This document shows positions 53,575 through 64,000 of a stretch of DNA of 64,000 nucleotides, one piece after another. The DNA comes from a virus: the IMG/VR virus record IMGVR_UViG_3300017917_002228, positions 32,001-96,000 of that record; one strand, 5' to 3'. Position 1 is the stretch's first letter. Each line of letters begins with the position of its first letter. Both the position numbers and the translations under genes were made by a program. The notes under the pieces were generated by a model. The model worked only from the letters and a program-made list of their open reading frames with translations, made no database searches and was not told the origin of the DNA.

Positions 53575-53793
53575 ATGGGACCAGAGTTTTATAACCTTTA
53601 CGTCGATAAGTGTTTGAATGAAGCTCTTGAGTTAACTAAACTCAAGATCATGCTTAATACACAAGTTTCTTTTTATGAAAAGCAGATTGCAGCTCAAAAA
53701 GAGGAAATTGAACGGCTACAAAAAGATTTAGATAAAGCCTTAAATAAGGCTTCGTCAAAGAAGAAAACAGAAACTGAAACTGAAAATTTTTAA
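53575..53793 (+). CDS. small coiled-coil protein, possible fibre chaperone
   Basis: RBS GGAG; coiled coil. Confidence 0.65.
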   Translation: MGPEFYNLYVDKCLNEALELTKLKIMLNTQVSFYEKQIAAQKEEIERLQKDLDKALNKASSKKKTETETENF

Positions 53794-53832
53794 TTGATAA
53801 GGCAGTACATACTGCGTTTGTAAGAGGGCCAT

Positions 53833-55530
53833 ATGGCTAGTAACTTGATCCAGATCAAGCGCACCTCAGTGTCGGGTCGCGCTGCTAATACTACGACACT
53901 CCCAAATCCTGGCGAACTCGCACTCAATATGGCCGACGGAATTCTCTATTCCGGTAACGGCTCTTTTACTTTTGAGATAGGCGCCAACAATACAAATGCT
54001 CAAGTTACTAATCAGCTCTCTGTTAACAACGCAGTAGCTAACGTTATCACTTTTGCTAATTCAGGCTTTGTTGTCGGAGAAGGACAACTAGCCTGGAATA
54101 GTGTAGATGGTACTCTTGATCTCGGTATGGGTGGTGGAAATGTCACCCAGCAGATCGGTCAAGAAATCTATTATAGAGTAAAGAATCAGACAGGTCTTGC
54201 TATACCAGAAGGCACTGTCGTTATGGCCAACGGCACTATAGGTGCTTCTGGTATCATTAAAGTAACACCTGCTGTAGCAAATGGTGCTTTCCCATCTCAG
54301 TATATTATGGGTGTTACTACAGAAGAAATAGCTAATGATGGTGACGGTCTAGTTACAGCATTCGGTAAAGTAAGAAAAATAGACACCTCGATGTATACAG
54401 CAGGTGCTATTCTTTATGCTGATCCTGCAAACCCGGGCGGCCTTACCGCTACTAAACCAGCTGCTCCTAACTCTAAAACTATTGTAGCGTTAGTTGTTTC
54501 ATCACATAATAATAACGGCGAGTTGTTTATTCGTCCTACTTTTGGTTCATCCATTGCAGATGACGAAAAGGTTGAACTTAATAATATATCTAACGGTCAG
54601 ATCCTAGTTTATAGCAGTCAAAATGGCCGTTTTGAGAATAGTAACAATCTAGTCTATCTACACGCAACTGAAATGCTATCAGTTGGTAATGCTGTAGTTA
54701 ACACGCAGATTACAGCTGGTATTATTAGACTAAACGGTTCTGAAATCTTCGTCGGTAATAACACAACAATTTCTGGCAGTAGCGTTCAGGTCGGTAATGT
54801 AGAACTCCAGACTGATGCTGTAGTTATTAATGGCTTATATGCTCTTACATCAGAAACAGCTGGTGTTGCAAACGATGCATTTTACCTAGGCGGTTTTGCT
54901 GCTAATACCTATGTTAGATTTGATAACTTAACACCTACATTTTCAGACGTATTTACAGCGTCAGGCTCTCAAAACAATTTCGTAATCAGTACTTCTATTC
55001 CAGATGCTAATTCTGTTATGGTGACATTGAACGGTATGGTTCAAGCACCAGGCATTCACTACACTGCAACAGGCACTTCACTTAATCTTGCCTTTACTCC
55101 TCCAAATGGCACAGTAGTAGAAGTAAGAAGTTTGGGTGGCACACTTATAGCTGGTGGTAGCTACCCAACTTCTGACGCCCGTCTTAAGACTATGTTTGCA
55201 CCTATTGATGAAAAGCAAGCTGTAGCATTTGTTAATAATATTGAAACAAGCTGGTACATGTTATCAGATGATCCAGAAAAAAGAGTTAAGCCAGGCTTTA
55301 CTGCGCAGGATCTTATTAAAAACGATTTATCTTCTTTGGTATACTCTGAACGTAAAAAGGGTATGAAAGAAGTTATAGATGATAATGGTGTAGTTTCTCC
55401 ATCAGGAACAAAGTATACGGTTGATTATGATTCTACTATTCCGCTTCTTACTGCTGCTTTGAGAAGCGCATTAAAGCGTATAGATAAGCTCGAAAAAGAG
55501 CTCAAGACAATAAAGAAAAAACCTAAATAG
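53833..55530 (+). CDS. tail fibre with C-terminal intramolecular chaperone (peptidase S74)
   Basis: IQIKR...GELALN; SDARLK, GFTAQD, VDY. Confidence 0.88.
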   Translation: MASNLIQIKRTSVSGRAANTTTLPNPGELALNMADGILYSGNGSFTFEIGANNTNAQVTNQLSVNNAVANVITFANSGFVVGEGQLAWNSVDGTLDLGMGGGNVTQQIGQEIYYRVKNQTGLAIPEGTVVMANGTIGASGIIKVTPAVANGAFPSQYIMGVTTEEIANDGDGLVTAFGKVRKIDTSMYTAGAILYADPANPGGLTATKPAAPNSKTIVALVVSSHNNNGELFIRPTFGSSIADDEKVELNNISNGQILVYSSQNGRFENSNNLVYLHATEMLSVGNAVVNTQITAGIIRLNGSEIFVGNNTTISGSSVQVGNVELQTDAVVINGLYALTSETAGVANDAFYLGGFAANTYVRFDNLTPTFSDVFTASGSQNNFVISTSIPDANSVMVTLNGMVQAPGIHYTATGTSLNLAFTPPNGTVVEVRSLGGTLIAGGSYPTSDARLKTMFAPIDEKQAVAFVNNIETSWYMLSDDPEKRVKPGFTAQDLIKNDLSSLVYSERKKGMKEVIDDNGVVSPSGTKYTVDYDSTIPLLTAALRSALKRIDKLEKELKTIKKKPK

Positions 55531-55567
55531 GTGTAAGTAACACCTAACAACTAAAGAGAGAGCTTAA

Positions 55568-57271
55568 ATGGCTGGTTATCAACAAATAGGTCTATTTCAG
55601 ATCAATACCGATGGTAGTGCCAACGGCCAGGTATTAGTATCTAATGGTACATCAGTACAATGGAGTACAGTCTACGGCTTTGCAGGTTCGCAAGGTGATA
55701 TAGGCTACGTTGGTTCACAAGGTATTCAAGGTACTACAGGTTTCGTAGGCTCACAAGGTACTACAGGATTTGTTGGTAGCCAAGGCGCTACAGGTTTTGC
55801 CGGCTCTGCTGGTACAATAGGTGTTGATGGATATACTGGCTCTCAAGGTATTCAAGGTTATACAGGTAGCCAGGGTATCCAAGGTGATACTGGTTACACA
55901 GGCTCACAAGGTGATCAAGGTCTAACCGGTTATACTGGTTCTTTTGGTGATACAGGTTATACTGGATCTCAAGGTGACCAAGGTATAACAGGTTATACTG
56001 GTTCAGCTGGATATACAGGTTCTTTTGGTGATACTGGTTTTACCGGATCTAGAGGTGATATTGGATTTACCGGTTCTAAGGGTGATTCTGGGTTTGTAGG
56101 ATCACAAGGTGATATCGGCTATGCAGGCTCAAAAGGTGATATTGGTTATGCTGGTAGCTTAGGTACAGTAGGTTACACAGGATCTAAAGGTGAAAAAGGC
56201 GACTTTGGTGGTGCTGCTTTCCTCTATGATTTTGATACTTCAGGAACAGAAATATTAGCGACAGGTCAGCTAGCATTTAACAATGCAAATTTTGCAAATG
56301 CTACCTTTATGTTCATTAAAGAGACGGACCTGTCTAATACTAACATAGGTAATTTCTTAACTACTATTGATGACTCTACATCACCTATTAAGGGTCATTT
56401 CTCTGTAAGATCAAACTCTAATACTAACTTGTACGCTATGTTTGCTATAACTGCAAACTCAACGTATAGCAGTTTTACTCAAACATATACTATACCAGTA
56501 TCATATCTAAGTGGTGCTACTTCAATAGCAGATGATACAGATATAGTTATTACTTTTGCAAGAACTGGTGATATTGGCGCTACTGGTTTTACTGGATCTA
56601 GAGGTGATGTAGGGTTTACCGGCTCGGTAGGCGCTACTGGGTTTGTAGGCTCTAGGGGTGATGTAGGCTTTACAGGTTCAGTAGGCTTTGCTGGATCTAA
56701 AGGCGATACTGGTTTCACAGGATCGATAGGTACAACCGGTTTTGTAGGTTCTAAAGGTGATATCGGTTATACTGGATCTCAAGGTAACCTAGGATACGCT
56801 GGTTCTAAAGGTGATGCGGGTTATACCGGATCTACAGGCTATGATGGTTCACAAGGTACTACAGGATATACAGGTTCAATAGGTGCACAGGGCTACTCAG
56901 GTTCTATTGGTGCCTCTGGTTATACAGGTTCTTATGGATATACCGGTTCTGAAGGCGGAATAGGTTATACTGGATCAAAAGGTGATACAGCTACAGCTAA
57001 TGCTCTATCACAGTCATTTACTGCAAATGGTTCTCAAACACAGTTTACATTAGGTACAAGTGTAGTTAATCAAAACAACATAATCGTTACAATTAATGGT
57101 CTAGTTCAAACCCCAGTAACGCATTATACTATTACAGGTACTATACTAACAATTAATGCACCCCCTTATGCAAATAGTATAGTAGAAGCACGCAACTTTG
57201 AAGTTGGTGCAGGAACTAATACTCCAGACTTCACAAACTCAATTGTCGCTAACTTCTTAATGGGATTATAA
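55568..57271 (+). CDS. collagen-like tail fibre protein
   Basis: Two long G-X-Y blocks (GYTGSQG) flanking a globular domain. Confidence 0.88.
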   Translation: MAGYQQIGLFQINTDGSANGQVLVSNGTSVQWSTVYGFAGSQGDIGYVGSQGIQGTTGFVGSQGTTGFVGSQGATGFAGSAGTIGVDGYTGSQGIQGYTGSQGIQGDTGYTGSQGDQGLTGYTGSFGDTGYTGSQGDQGITGYTGSAGYTGSFGDTGFTGSRGDIGFTGSKGDSGFVGSQGDIGYAGSKGDIGYAGSLGTVGYTGSKGEKGDFGGAAFLYDFDTSGTEILATGQLAFNNANFANATFMFIKETDLSNTNIGNFLTTIDDSTSPIKGHFSVRSNSNTNLYAMFAITANSTYSSFTQTYTIPVSYLSGATSIADDTDIVITFARTGDIGATGFTGSRGDVGFTGSVGATGFVGSRGDVGFTGSVGFAGSKGDTGFTGSIGTTGFVGSKGDIGYTGSQGNLGYAGSKGDAGYTGSTGYDGSQGTTGYTGSIGAQGYSGSIGASGYTGSYGYTGSEGGIGYTGSKGDTATANALSQSFTANGSQTQFTLGTSVVNQNNIIVTINGLVQTPVTHYTITGTILTINAPPYANSIVEARNFEVGAGTNTPDFTNSIVANFLMGL

Positions 57272-57280
57272 GAGGATAAA

Positions 57281-57610
57281 ATGCCAAACACATTCAAAGT
57301 ACTAGGTCAACAAGCTCCATCTGCTACAACACAGACGCAACTATATGCAGTTCCATCAGGTAAATCTGCAGTAGTTTCTTCTGTAAATGTCTGCAATAGA
57401 GGTGCTGCAAATGCTACATTTAGAGTAGCAGTACAACCTGCTAATGCTGCTATTTCTAACACACATTATATTGCTTATGATACAATAGTACCTTCTAACG
57501 ATACTATATCACTAGCTCTAGGTTTATCTTTAAGTGCAACAGATGTAGTTTCTGTTTATGCTAATAGTGCAACAGTAACATTCAGTGCATTTGGTTCGGA
57601 GATTAGCTAA
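57281..57610 (+). CDS. small tail fibre adaptor-like protein
   Basis: beta-rich, LYAVP...VCN...FGSEIS. Confidence 0.75.
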   Translation: MPNTFKVLGQQAPSATTQTQLYAVPSGKSAVVSSVNVCNRGAANATFRVAVQPANAAISNTHYIAYDTIVPSNDTISLALGLSLSATDVVSVYANSATVTFSAFGSEIS

Positions 57611-58518
57611 TGCCATTTAAAAAAGCCACCAGTTCTAGCATATCCTCTAGTGTAGTTAATCCTGTTGTAGCTTCTACAGGTGGAGGAGCCGTATCTTCTA
57701 ATCCAGTTGTTGAGTATCTAGTCGTAGGAGGTGGTGGTGGAGGCGGTGCATTTGTTGGAAGTGGTGGAGGAGCAGGAGGTGTACAAACTGGTTATGCTTC
57801 TGTTAACACAGGTGTTACATACACAGTTGCTGTTGGATCTGGAGGTGCAAATCAAGCTGGTAGTTACGGTCTAAAAGGTGGATTTTCTATTTTTGGTAAA
57901 ATTTATGGGTATGGAGGTGGTGGTGGTAAATCAACATATGGAAGCAATCCTAATGATACTCGAGAGTATGACGGAGCAAGCGGTGGAGGTGTTACCGGAG
58001 CCTCTAATCCCGGTTTAGGTCTATTAGGACAAGGTGCAAACGGAGGTGTTGTGGTCTCTGGTGATAATGTCCCAGCTGGAGGTGGCGGAGCATCAGAAGT
58101 AGGCAAATCTTCGAATACTACACAGGCAGGTTATGGTGGAAACGGTATTTCCAGCTCTATTACAGGAACATCGCTATACTATGCTGGAGGTGGCGGGGGA
58201 GCTGCACACGGATCTTCAAGTAGAAAAGCAGGTAACGGAGGCGCAGGGGGTGGAGGCGCTGGTGGTGTATCATCAGGCGCTACAGGAGGTACAGGTGTAA
58301 TTAATGCTGCATCTGGATCAGTTAACTCTGGTGGAGGTGGAGGAGGAGGTGGATATACAGGGGCTATAGGCTCAGGTGGTTCTGGTGGCTCAGGTGTAGT
58401 GATTCTCTCTTATTCAACTTCTTTTGCTAACGCAACCACGACAGGTACACCCGAATATTCTGAATCAGGTGGAAATAGGATCTTTAAATTTACTGGTACT
58501 GGCTCAATAACATTCTAA
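57610..58518 (+). CDS. glycine-rich tail protein
   Basis: VEYLVVGGGGGGG...GGSGVVI. Confidence 0.8.
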   Translation: MPFKKATSSSISSSVVNPVVASTGGGAVSSNPVVEYLVVGGGGGGGAFVGSGGGAGGVQTGYASVNTGVTYTVAVGSGGANQAGSYGLKGGFSIFGKIYGYGGGGGKSTYGSNPNDTREYDGASGGGVTGASNPGLGLLGQGANGGVVVSGDNVPAGGGGASEVGKSSNTTQAGYGGNGISSSITGTSLYYAGGGGGAAHGSSSRKAGNGGAGGGGAGGVSSGATGGTGVINAASGSVNSGGGGGGGGYTGAIGSGGSGGSGVVILSYSTSFANATTTGTPEYSESGGNRIFKFTGTGSITF

Positions 58519-58530
58519 TAGAGGATAACA

Positions 58531-58902
58531 ATGGCACATTTTGCAGAACTTGATGGTAATAATATAGTAACGAGAGTTATCGTTGTAGGCAACCAAGACA
58601 TTCTCGATGCAAACGGTAATGAGAGTGAAGCAGTAGGCATTGCTTTCTGTCAAAATCTCCTAGGTGGCATCTGGAAGCAAACCAGCTACAATGGTAATTT
58701 TAGAAAGAACTATGCTGGTATCGGTTATACATATCGTGAAGATATCGATGCATTTGTTCCACCACAGCCTTATCCTAGCTGGATTCTAAATACAGATACA
58801 GCACGATGGGAAGCACCAGTTCCTTATCCTACAGATGGTAAGTATTATTACTGGGATGAAGCTACTACATCTTGGGTAGAGATTCCAACTCAGCCAGAAT
58901 AA
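58531..58902 (+). CDS. tail fibre assembly-like protein
   Basis: MAHFAEL, WKQTSYN..FRKNYAGIG, WEAPVPYP. Confidence 0.8.
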   Translation: MAHFAELDGNNIVTRVIVVGNQDILDANGNESEAVGIAFCQNLLGGIWKQTSYNGNFRKNYAGIGYTYREDIDAFVPPQPYPSWILNTDTARWEAPVPYPTDGKYYYWDEATTSWVEIPTQPE

Positions 58903-58961
58903 TACCATCATTTTAATATGACATCGCGCTCATAAATACTAATAAACATATAGGCTTTTAG

Positions 58962-59777
58962 ATGTCAGATATTAAGCAGCAGATTTATTCCGATCAAATT
59001 ACAGTAGAGGGCGTACCTTCAGGTTACGTTCTCTCTTCTAATGGCTCGGCTGCTGTTTGGTCTGCAACTACTGGTTATGCAGGATCTCAAGGTTCTCTAG
59101 GTTATACTGGCTCTAAAGGTGATGCTGGTGCATTTGGCTTTACAGGCTCACAAGGTGAAATAGGTTATACTGGTTCTGTAGGCGATACAGGCTATACTGG
59201 ATCGGTAGGCTTTGTAGGCTCTGCTGGTTATACTGGCTCTCAAGGCGATCAAGGACAGTTTGGTTATACAGGTTCTCTAGGTCCTCTTGGTTATACCGGC
59301 TCAGTTGGTAATCAAGGTACAACAGGTTATACAGGTAGCACCGGCTTTGTAGGTTCGTTTGGCTATACAGGATCTAAAGGCGATCTCGGTTATACCGGTT
59401 CTATTGGTTTCACAGGATCGGCTGGTGCAGGTTATACTGGATCATCAGGTACAGCAACTGCTAACCTCTCTTCACAAGCATTTACTGCAAACGGCACTCA
59501 AACAACATTTGCATTACAAGCAAGTATAGCAGTTCAAAACAACACTATTGTATCTGTTAACGGATTAGTTCTTACCCCATCTATTGATTATACTATATCC
59601 GGTTCTACTTTAACTCTCACATTTACTCCGCAAAACGGAGATGATGTAGAAGTAAGAAACATATCAGATGTAATTACCAGTGGGGTAGGATATACTGGTT
59701 CTGCAGGCACTGGAGGCGGCGGTGGTACTAACACAGCTGTAGTATATACGTACAGTATCATTTTAGGTAGAGGATAA
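58962..59777 (+). CDS. collagen-like tail fibre protein (second)
   Basis: GYTGS repeats; late promoter-like CATAAATA at 58931. Confidence 0.85.
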   Translation: MSDIKQQIYSDQITVEGVPSGYVLSSNGSAAVWSATTGYAGSQGSLGYTGSKGDAGAFGFTGSQGEIGYTGSVGDTGYTGSVGFVGSAGYTGSQGDQGQFGYTGSLGPLGYTGSVGNQGTTGYTGSTGFVGSFGYTGSKGDLGYTGSIGFTGSAGAGYTGSSGTATANLSSQAFTANGTQTTFALQASIAVQNNTIVSVNGLVLTPSIDYTISGSTLTLTFTPQNGDDVEVRNISDVITSGVGYTGSAGTGGGGGTNTAVVYTYSIILGRG

Positions 59778-59778
59778 A

Positions 59779-60138
59779 ATGGCAAATCCTAATCTCTTAA
59801 GCATAACAACAGTAAGTGGTAAAACAGCTGTTGCAAACGTAAGCAATCTTGCATCTTCTAACGTAGTTGTTAATGCATCAGGAAGCAATACACTAGTCAA
59901 GATTAATAGTCTTGTTATTACTAATACAGATACAGCAAATAACATTGCAATCAATGCTGGTGTTCTCAGATCATCTGTTGTTTATAAAGTAACGTCAAAC
60001 ATTACTGTTCCTGCTAACTCATCACTTATCGCTATTTCTAAAGATGCAAACATCTATCTAGAAGAAGGTGATGCATTAAACGTTATTGCAAGTGCAAATA
60101 ATCTACAAGCCGTGTGTTCATACGAAATAATTGGATAA
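59779..60138 (+). CDS. small tail fibre adaptor-like protein
   Basis: MANPN...YLEEGD...SYE. Confidence 0.75.
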   Translation: MANPNLLSITTVSGKTAVANVSNLASSNVVVNASGSNTLVKINSLVITNTDTANNIAINAGVLRSSVVYKVTSNITVPANSSLIAISKDANIYLEEGDALNVIASANNLQAVCSYEIIG

Positions 60139-60141
60139 TAA

Positions 60142-62268
60142 ATGCCTGTATTTTATCCTGGTAATATTTTAAGCTCATCTGAACCTAATCCAGGCTCTGG
60201 TATGTGGAGTATGACTACTCACATGCAGAAACGTAGATCAGGTACATGGCCTGCTACAACTCCTGCAGTAGTACGTGATAGTGAGTTTGAGTATACTACA
60301 TTACTATTAAAAGCAATAGGTGCAAATACAGCTCAAAATGCTACATTTTTAGATAGTTCATCATATAATCTATCAGTAACAAGAAACGGTGACGTTACTC
60401 AAGGTGCATTTTCACCTTATGGTATTGATGATGGAGAATGGTCAGCTTATTTTGATGGTACAGGTGATTATCTGCTAACAAATACATCAGATTTATTAGC
60501 ATTTGGTACTGGAGATTATACTGTTGAATTTTGGGTTTATGGATTATCTTTTGCTTCAGCTCCATACATATACTCGTCTACTAAAGGTGTGTCAACTTGG
60601 TGGCCCAGGTATGCAATTCAAATTGCTGCAAACGGTACACTTAATCTCTATAGTCGCGATTCTACAGGTGAAAGCACTCAAAGTACTTCAGGTACCTTAT
60701 TAGTAAATAGGTGGTATCATGTAGCAGTTTCAAGATCAGGTGGAACTACAAAAGCTTTTCTAGATGGTACTCAAGTATATAGTGGATTTAAAGCAAATGA
60801 TAATATAAACGTTAATCAACGTTTAGAAATAGGAGCTGCATTCGCTTTTAATAGTAATTATTTTAACGGTTATATATCTAACATAAGAGTTATAAAAGGT
60901 ACAGCGTTATATACCACAGGTTTTACACCTACAACTTCACCTTTAACTGCAATATCGGATACCTCAATTCTTATATGTCAAAGTAATCGTTTTATAGACA
61001 AATCTACTAATAACCTTACTGTTACTAAAAACGGTGATGCTAAAATATCAGCATTTACTGCGTTCAATCAAAGCAGTTCTTACTCTGCTGCTACTTATGG
61101 TGGCTCAGCTTACTTTGATGGAACTGGTGATTATTTAACAGCAACTTATAGTACTACCAATCATGATTGGTGGACTTCTGATTATACTATAGAAGCATGG
61201 ATATATTTAACCACATTAACAGGATGGTCGTTCAATGATGCTACGAGAGATATTCCTACCTTAGTGGGAAATATGAACGTAGGAAACAATACTGATTACT
61301 GGTCGTTTGGTCCAATAGCTGGTGGTACTGTAAGATTTTATTACTTTAATGGTGCTGGTAATATAGTAACATCTACTGAAACCGTTAAGTTAGGTCAATG
61401 GAATCATATTGCCATGACTAAAACTAGCTCAGGAGTAACCATATTTGTAAACGGTATTGCTTCAACCGTCACTGCTATATCCGGAACACCTCAATCTTCT
61501 GCAGCAACAGCATTAACTGTAGGAGGTTATAGCAGTACGGTTATTAATGGTTATGTCTCTAATTTAAGAATAGTAAAGGGTACTGCAGTATATTCAGGTA
61601 ACTTTACTCCTCCTACTGCTCCGTTAACTGCAATTACTAACACTTCTCTCTTACTTAATGCATCAAACGCTGGTATTGTTGATGCAAGTAGAAAGTTTCC
61701 ATTATATGTTGTAGGAGATGCAAAGGTCTCTACAAACGTATTTAAATATGATAAGTCAGTAGCTTTTGATGGTACTGGAGATTATGTATTAGTTCCAGCT
61801 GCTTCATATACCGATGAGTTTTTATTTGGTTCAGGAAACTTTACTGTAGAAACCTGGGTTAGATTTACTGCACTTGGCCAAAATAGATGTTTAGTAGATG
61901 CTTGGGTATCCGGTCAATCAGCATCGTGGCAACTATACTACAGCAATTCTAGTCAAAAAATATTATGGTATGTTGGAAGTTCTGCACTATTAACCAGTAC
62001 CACTACTCCGTTAGTTGATACATGGTATCATGTAGCAGTCACTAGAAGTGGTACCACTTCTAGAATGTTTATCAACGGGGTGCTAGAATCAACAGAACCT
62101 TCTATTTCGCCTAACTATAACTACAAAGCACCTCTTGCTTTAGGAGTTCAGTATTCTACCTTAACTAACTACTTAAACGGTTATATGGAAGATACAAGAA
62201 TAACCAGAGGTGTTGCACGCTATACAGGTGCATTTACCCCACCTACAACTTCACTACCTACTGCATAA
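60142..62268 (+). CDS. tail protein with three LamG/ConA-like domains
   Basis: Three repeats of FDGTGDY...TVE.W...WYHVAV...NGY. Confidence 0.88.
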   Translation: MPVFYPGNILSSSEPNPGSGMWSMTTHMQKRRSGTWPATTPAVVRDSEFEYTTLLLKAIGANTAQNATFLDSSSYNLSVTRNGDVTQGAFSPYGIDDGEWSAYFDGTGDYLLTNTSDLLAFGTGDYTVEFWVYGLSFASAPYIYSSTKGVSTWWPRYAIQIAANGTLNLYSRDSTGESTQSTSGTLLVNRWYHVAVSRSGGTTKAFLDGTQVYSGFKANDNINVNQRLEIGAAFAFNSNYFNGYISNIRVIKGTALYTTGFTPTTSPLTAISDTSILICQSNRFIDKSTNNLTVTKNGDAKISAFTAFNQSSSYSAATYGGSAYFDGTGDYLTATYSTTNHDWWTSDYTIEAWIYLTTLTGWSFNDATRDIPTLVGNMNVGNNTDYWSFGPIAGGTVRFYYFNGAGNIVTSTETVKLGQWNHIAMTKTSSGVTIFVNGIASTVTAISGTPQSSAATALTVGGYSSTVINGYVSNLRIVKGTAVYSGNFTPPTAPLTAITNTSLLLNASNAGIVDASRKFPLYVVGDAKVSTNVFKYDKSVAFDGTGDYVLVPAASYTDEFLFGSGNFTVETWVRFTALGQNRCLVDAWVSGQSASWQLYYSNSSQKILWYVGSSALLTSTTTPLVDTWYHVAVTRSGTTSRMFINGVLESTEPSISPNYNYKAPLALGVQYSTLTNYLNGYMEDTRITRGVARYTGAFTPPTTSLPTA

Positions 62269-62293
62269 ATATTATTAAAATGTAAGAGAAACA

Positions 62294-62647
62294 ATGCCAG
62301 TAAAACAAATTAAACCATATCAGATTAGCGCTAATGGTAGTTTAAACGGACAGATACTTTCGTCCAACGGAAGCGCTGTATACTGGGCTAATAATACTGG
62401 CGGAGGCGGTGGTCCTGGTGTTAATGCTGATTCATCATATACCTGGACTAATACCCATATCTTTACCAATCAGACTAACTCTCAGAACGATGTGTCAGGC
62501 GCCGTTATTATACAAGGTGGTTTAGCTGTTAATAATAACATTAGCACTGGTGGAAGAATTGCTTTCTCTAACTCAGTAAATATCACCGTAGCCTATCTGG
62601 TTTATAACGTAAGTACAAATAGTATTGATACAGTGTTTGGTTCATAA
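62294..62647 (+). CDS. tail fibre-associated protein
   Basis: GQILSSNGSAVYW; late promoter-like CATAAATA at 62264. Confidence 0.75.
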   Translation: MPVKQIKPYQISANGSLNGQILSSNGSAVYWANNTGGGGGPGVNADSSYTWTNTHIFTNQTNSQNDVSGAVIIQGGLAVNNNISTGGRIAFSNSVNITVAYLVYNVSTNSIDTVFGS

Positions 62648-64000
62648 TGCCTATTGTTTCAAAACAATATTCAAATGGCACATATTACGCTGCTGAATTT
62701 GATGAAACTCCCTTTATAGTAGACATATTAGGTGTGGGTGCCGGAGGTGGTGGCGGCTCTATTCACCCTGGATTATATCCAGGAGGCGGTGGTGGTGGAG
62801 GTGCTGGTGGCTTATTTTATAGAAAATTTAGCTTACAACAGGGTAGTTATACTGTAGTTGTAGGTGGTGGTGGTGTAGGTGGTGTGCAGGGTACTACTGC
62901 GTCTGGTAACGGCTCTAATACTTCTATATCAGGTATAATTAATGGTTCTTCTAATACTTGGATAGGTATTGGAGGTGGAGGCGGGGGCACTCAAGGGTTT
63001 AATAGAACACAAGGTGTTAATGGTGGATCTGGTGGAGGAGCTGCTGTTGATATAACTTTTTATGACAATACAGCAGGTTCAGGACTACAGCCAGAGTCAG
63101 TAGTAGGAGGTTTAGGTAACAGAGGTGGTTATCATAACAGTTCTGGTGGTGGTGGTGGAGGCGCAGGAGCAGTAGGTGGCAACGGCAGAGGCAGTGGCGC
63201 TGGCGGACTAGGCGGTAACGGAGTATTCTTTAATATTACTGGCAACAATACCCCATACGCAGGCGGCGGAGGTGCTGGAGGAGGCTATTCAGTAGCTACA
63301 GGTGGTGTAGGAGGCGGCGGAAATACAGACACATCTGGTGTAGTTAATACAGGAGGAGGTGGTGGTGGCGCAACAGGAGCAGGTACTGGTGGATCAGGCG
63401 GATCTGGTATTCTAATTATATCTTACCCTGGTGCTCAATTTGCTACTGGTGGTACTATAACTACTAATGGTTCTAATACCGTTCATACATTTACTTCTAC
63501 AGGAACATTTACTATAGGACAAGTCAGTAAACTTTATAGTAATGGTTCTTTAAGAATAGCATCTCAGTTAGATGAAAGTAATACAAGTTTTACAGGCTCA
63601 GTCAAACTTAACGCTAACGGTACACTATCAGTCAAACAAATAGATGAAATAGGACCGGTATATGTTGCTAATATTTTAGTAGCCGGAGGCGGAGGGGGAG
63701 GAGGAGGATCCTCCTTGTCTAGCTTATCAGCTATCGGTGGAGGAGGCGGTGCTGGTGGTTTATATGTAAGTAACACTCTAATTATGATGTCCGGGTTAGA
63801 ATATGCAGTAGTAATAGGAAGCGGGGGTGCAGGAGGCACTCAAACTGTTGCAGGATCACCAGGATCTAATACTACATTTACAGGTCAGGTATCTGCAAGT
63901 GCTTATAGATTGTTTTCTAATACCATTACTGCTATAGGTGGTGGAGGTGCACAATCATATACCGGATCTGGTAGAGTATCTATTCAAAATGATGGTGGAA
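62647..64000 (+). CDS. glycine-rich tail protein, truncated at window end
   Basis: TAATG-coupled start; two Gly-rich domains; appears open to the end. Confidence 0.75.
   Translation, partial: MPIVSKQYSNGTYYAAEFDETPFIVDILGVGAGGGGGSIHPGLYPGGGGGGGAGGLFYRKFSLQQGSYTVVVGGGGVGGVQGTTASGNGSNTSISGIINGSSNTWIGIGGGGGGTQGFNRTQGVNGGSGGGAAVDITFYDNTAGSGLQPESVVGGLGNRGGYHNSSGGGGGGAGAVGGNGRGSGAGGLGGNGVFFNITGNNTPYAGGGGAGGGYSVATGGVGGGGNTDTSGVVNTGGGGGGATGAGTGGSGGSGILIISYPGAQFATGGTITTNGSNTVHTFTSTGTFTIGQVSKLYSNGSLRIASQLDESNTSFTGSVKLNANGTLSVKQIDEIGPVYVANILVAGGGGGGGGSSLSSLSAIGGGGGAGGLYVSNTLIMMSGLEYAVVIGSGGAGGTQTVAGSPGSNTTFTGQVSASAYRLFSNTITAIGGGGAQSYTGSGRVSIQNDGG

Noticed and set aside
51549-64000. Diversity-generating retroelement or invertible shufflon in tail genes
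   Set aside because: No reverse transcriptase, invertase or TR/VR pair seen; repeats are explained by collagen and LamG coding
1-64000. Stop-codon reassignment
   Set aside because: Core genes are intact in the standard code, all three stops are used and no suppressor tRNA was found

Overview
A 64-kb segment of a large lytic T4-like myovirus, almost entirely on the + strand. It carries the T4 core replication/recombination genes (gp3, uvsY, uvsW, gp55, gp47, gp46, gp45, gp44, gp62, regA, gp43, uvsX, gp41), thyX, 22 tRNA genes in several clusters and a tail-fibre region that runs off the right end. Host-like genes point to an alphaproteobacterial host, probably Hyphomicrobiales: an Omp25/RopB-type porin, a DUF1127 protein, a ROSE-controlled sHSP and a tRNA-His with A73 and no G-1. 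The most notable system is a complete 7-deazaguanine DNA-modification cluster between gp46 and gp45. It contains queE, queD, folE, a PD-(D/E)XK-like nuclease, a TGT-fold dpdA, a PurN-like formyltransferase (DpdN-like), DUF3310, queF, queC, a stand-alone class II glutamine amidotransferase, a dUTPase-fold protein and a glycosyltransferase. It predicts formylated preQ1 in DNA and possibly a further, undescribed derivative. Other points of interest: several structured ncRNA candidates between tRNAs (one with a pseudoknot), non-canonical tRNAs, a tRNA nested in-frame in an ORF, a glycan biosynthesis cluster with UDP-galactopyranose mutase, a split His-rich ligase-like virion protein and a repeated DNA motif next to early promoters. 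All calls come from motif recognition by eye; no database searches were run.
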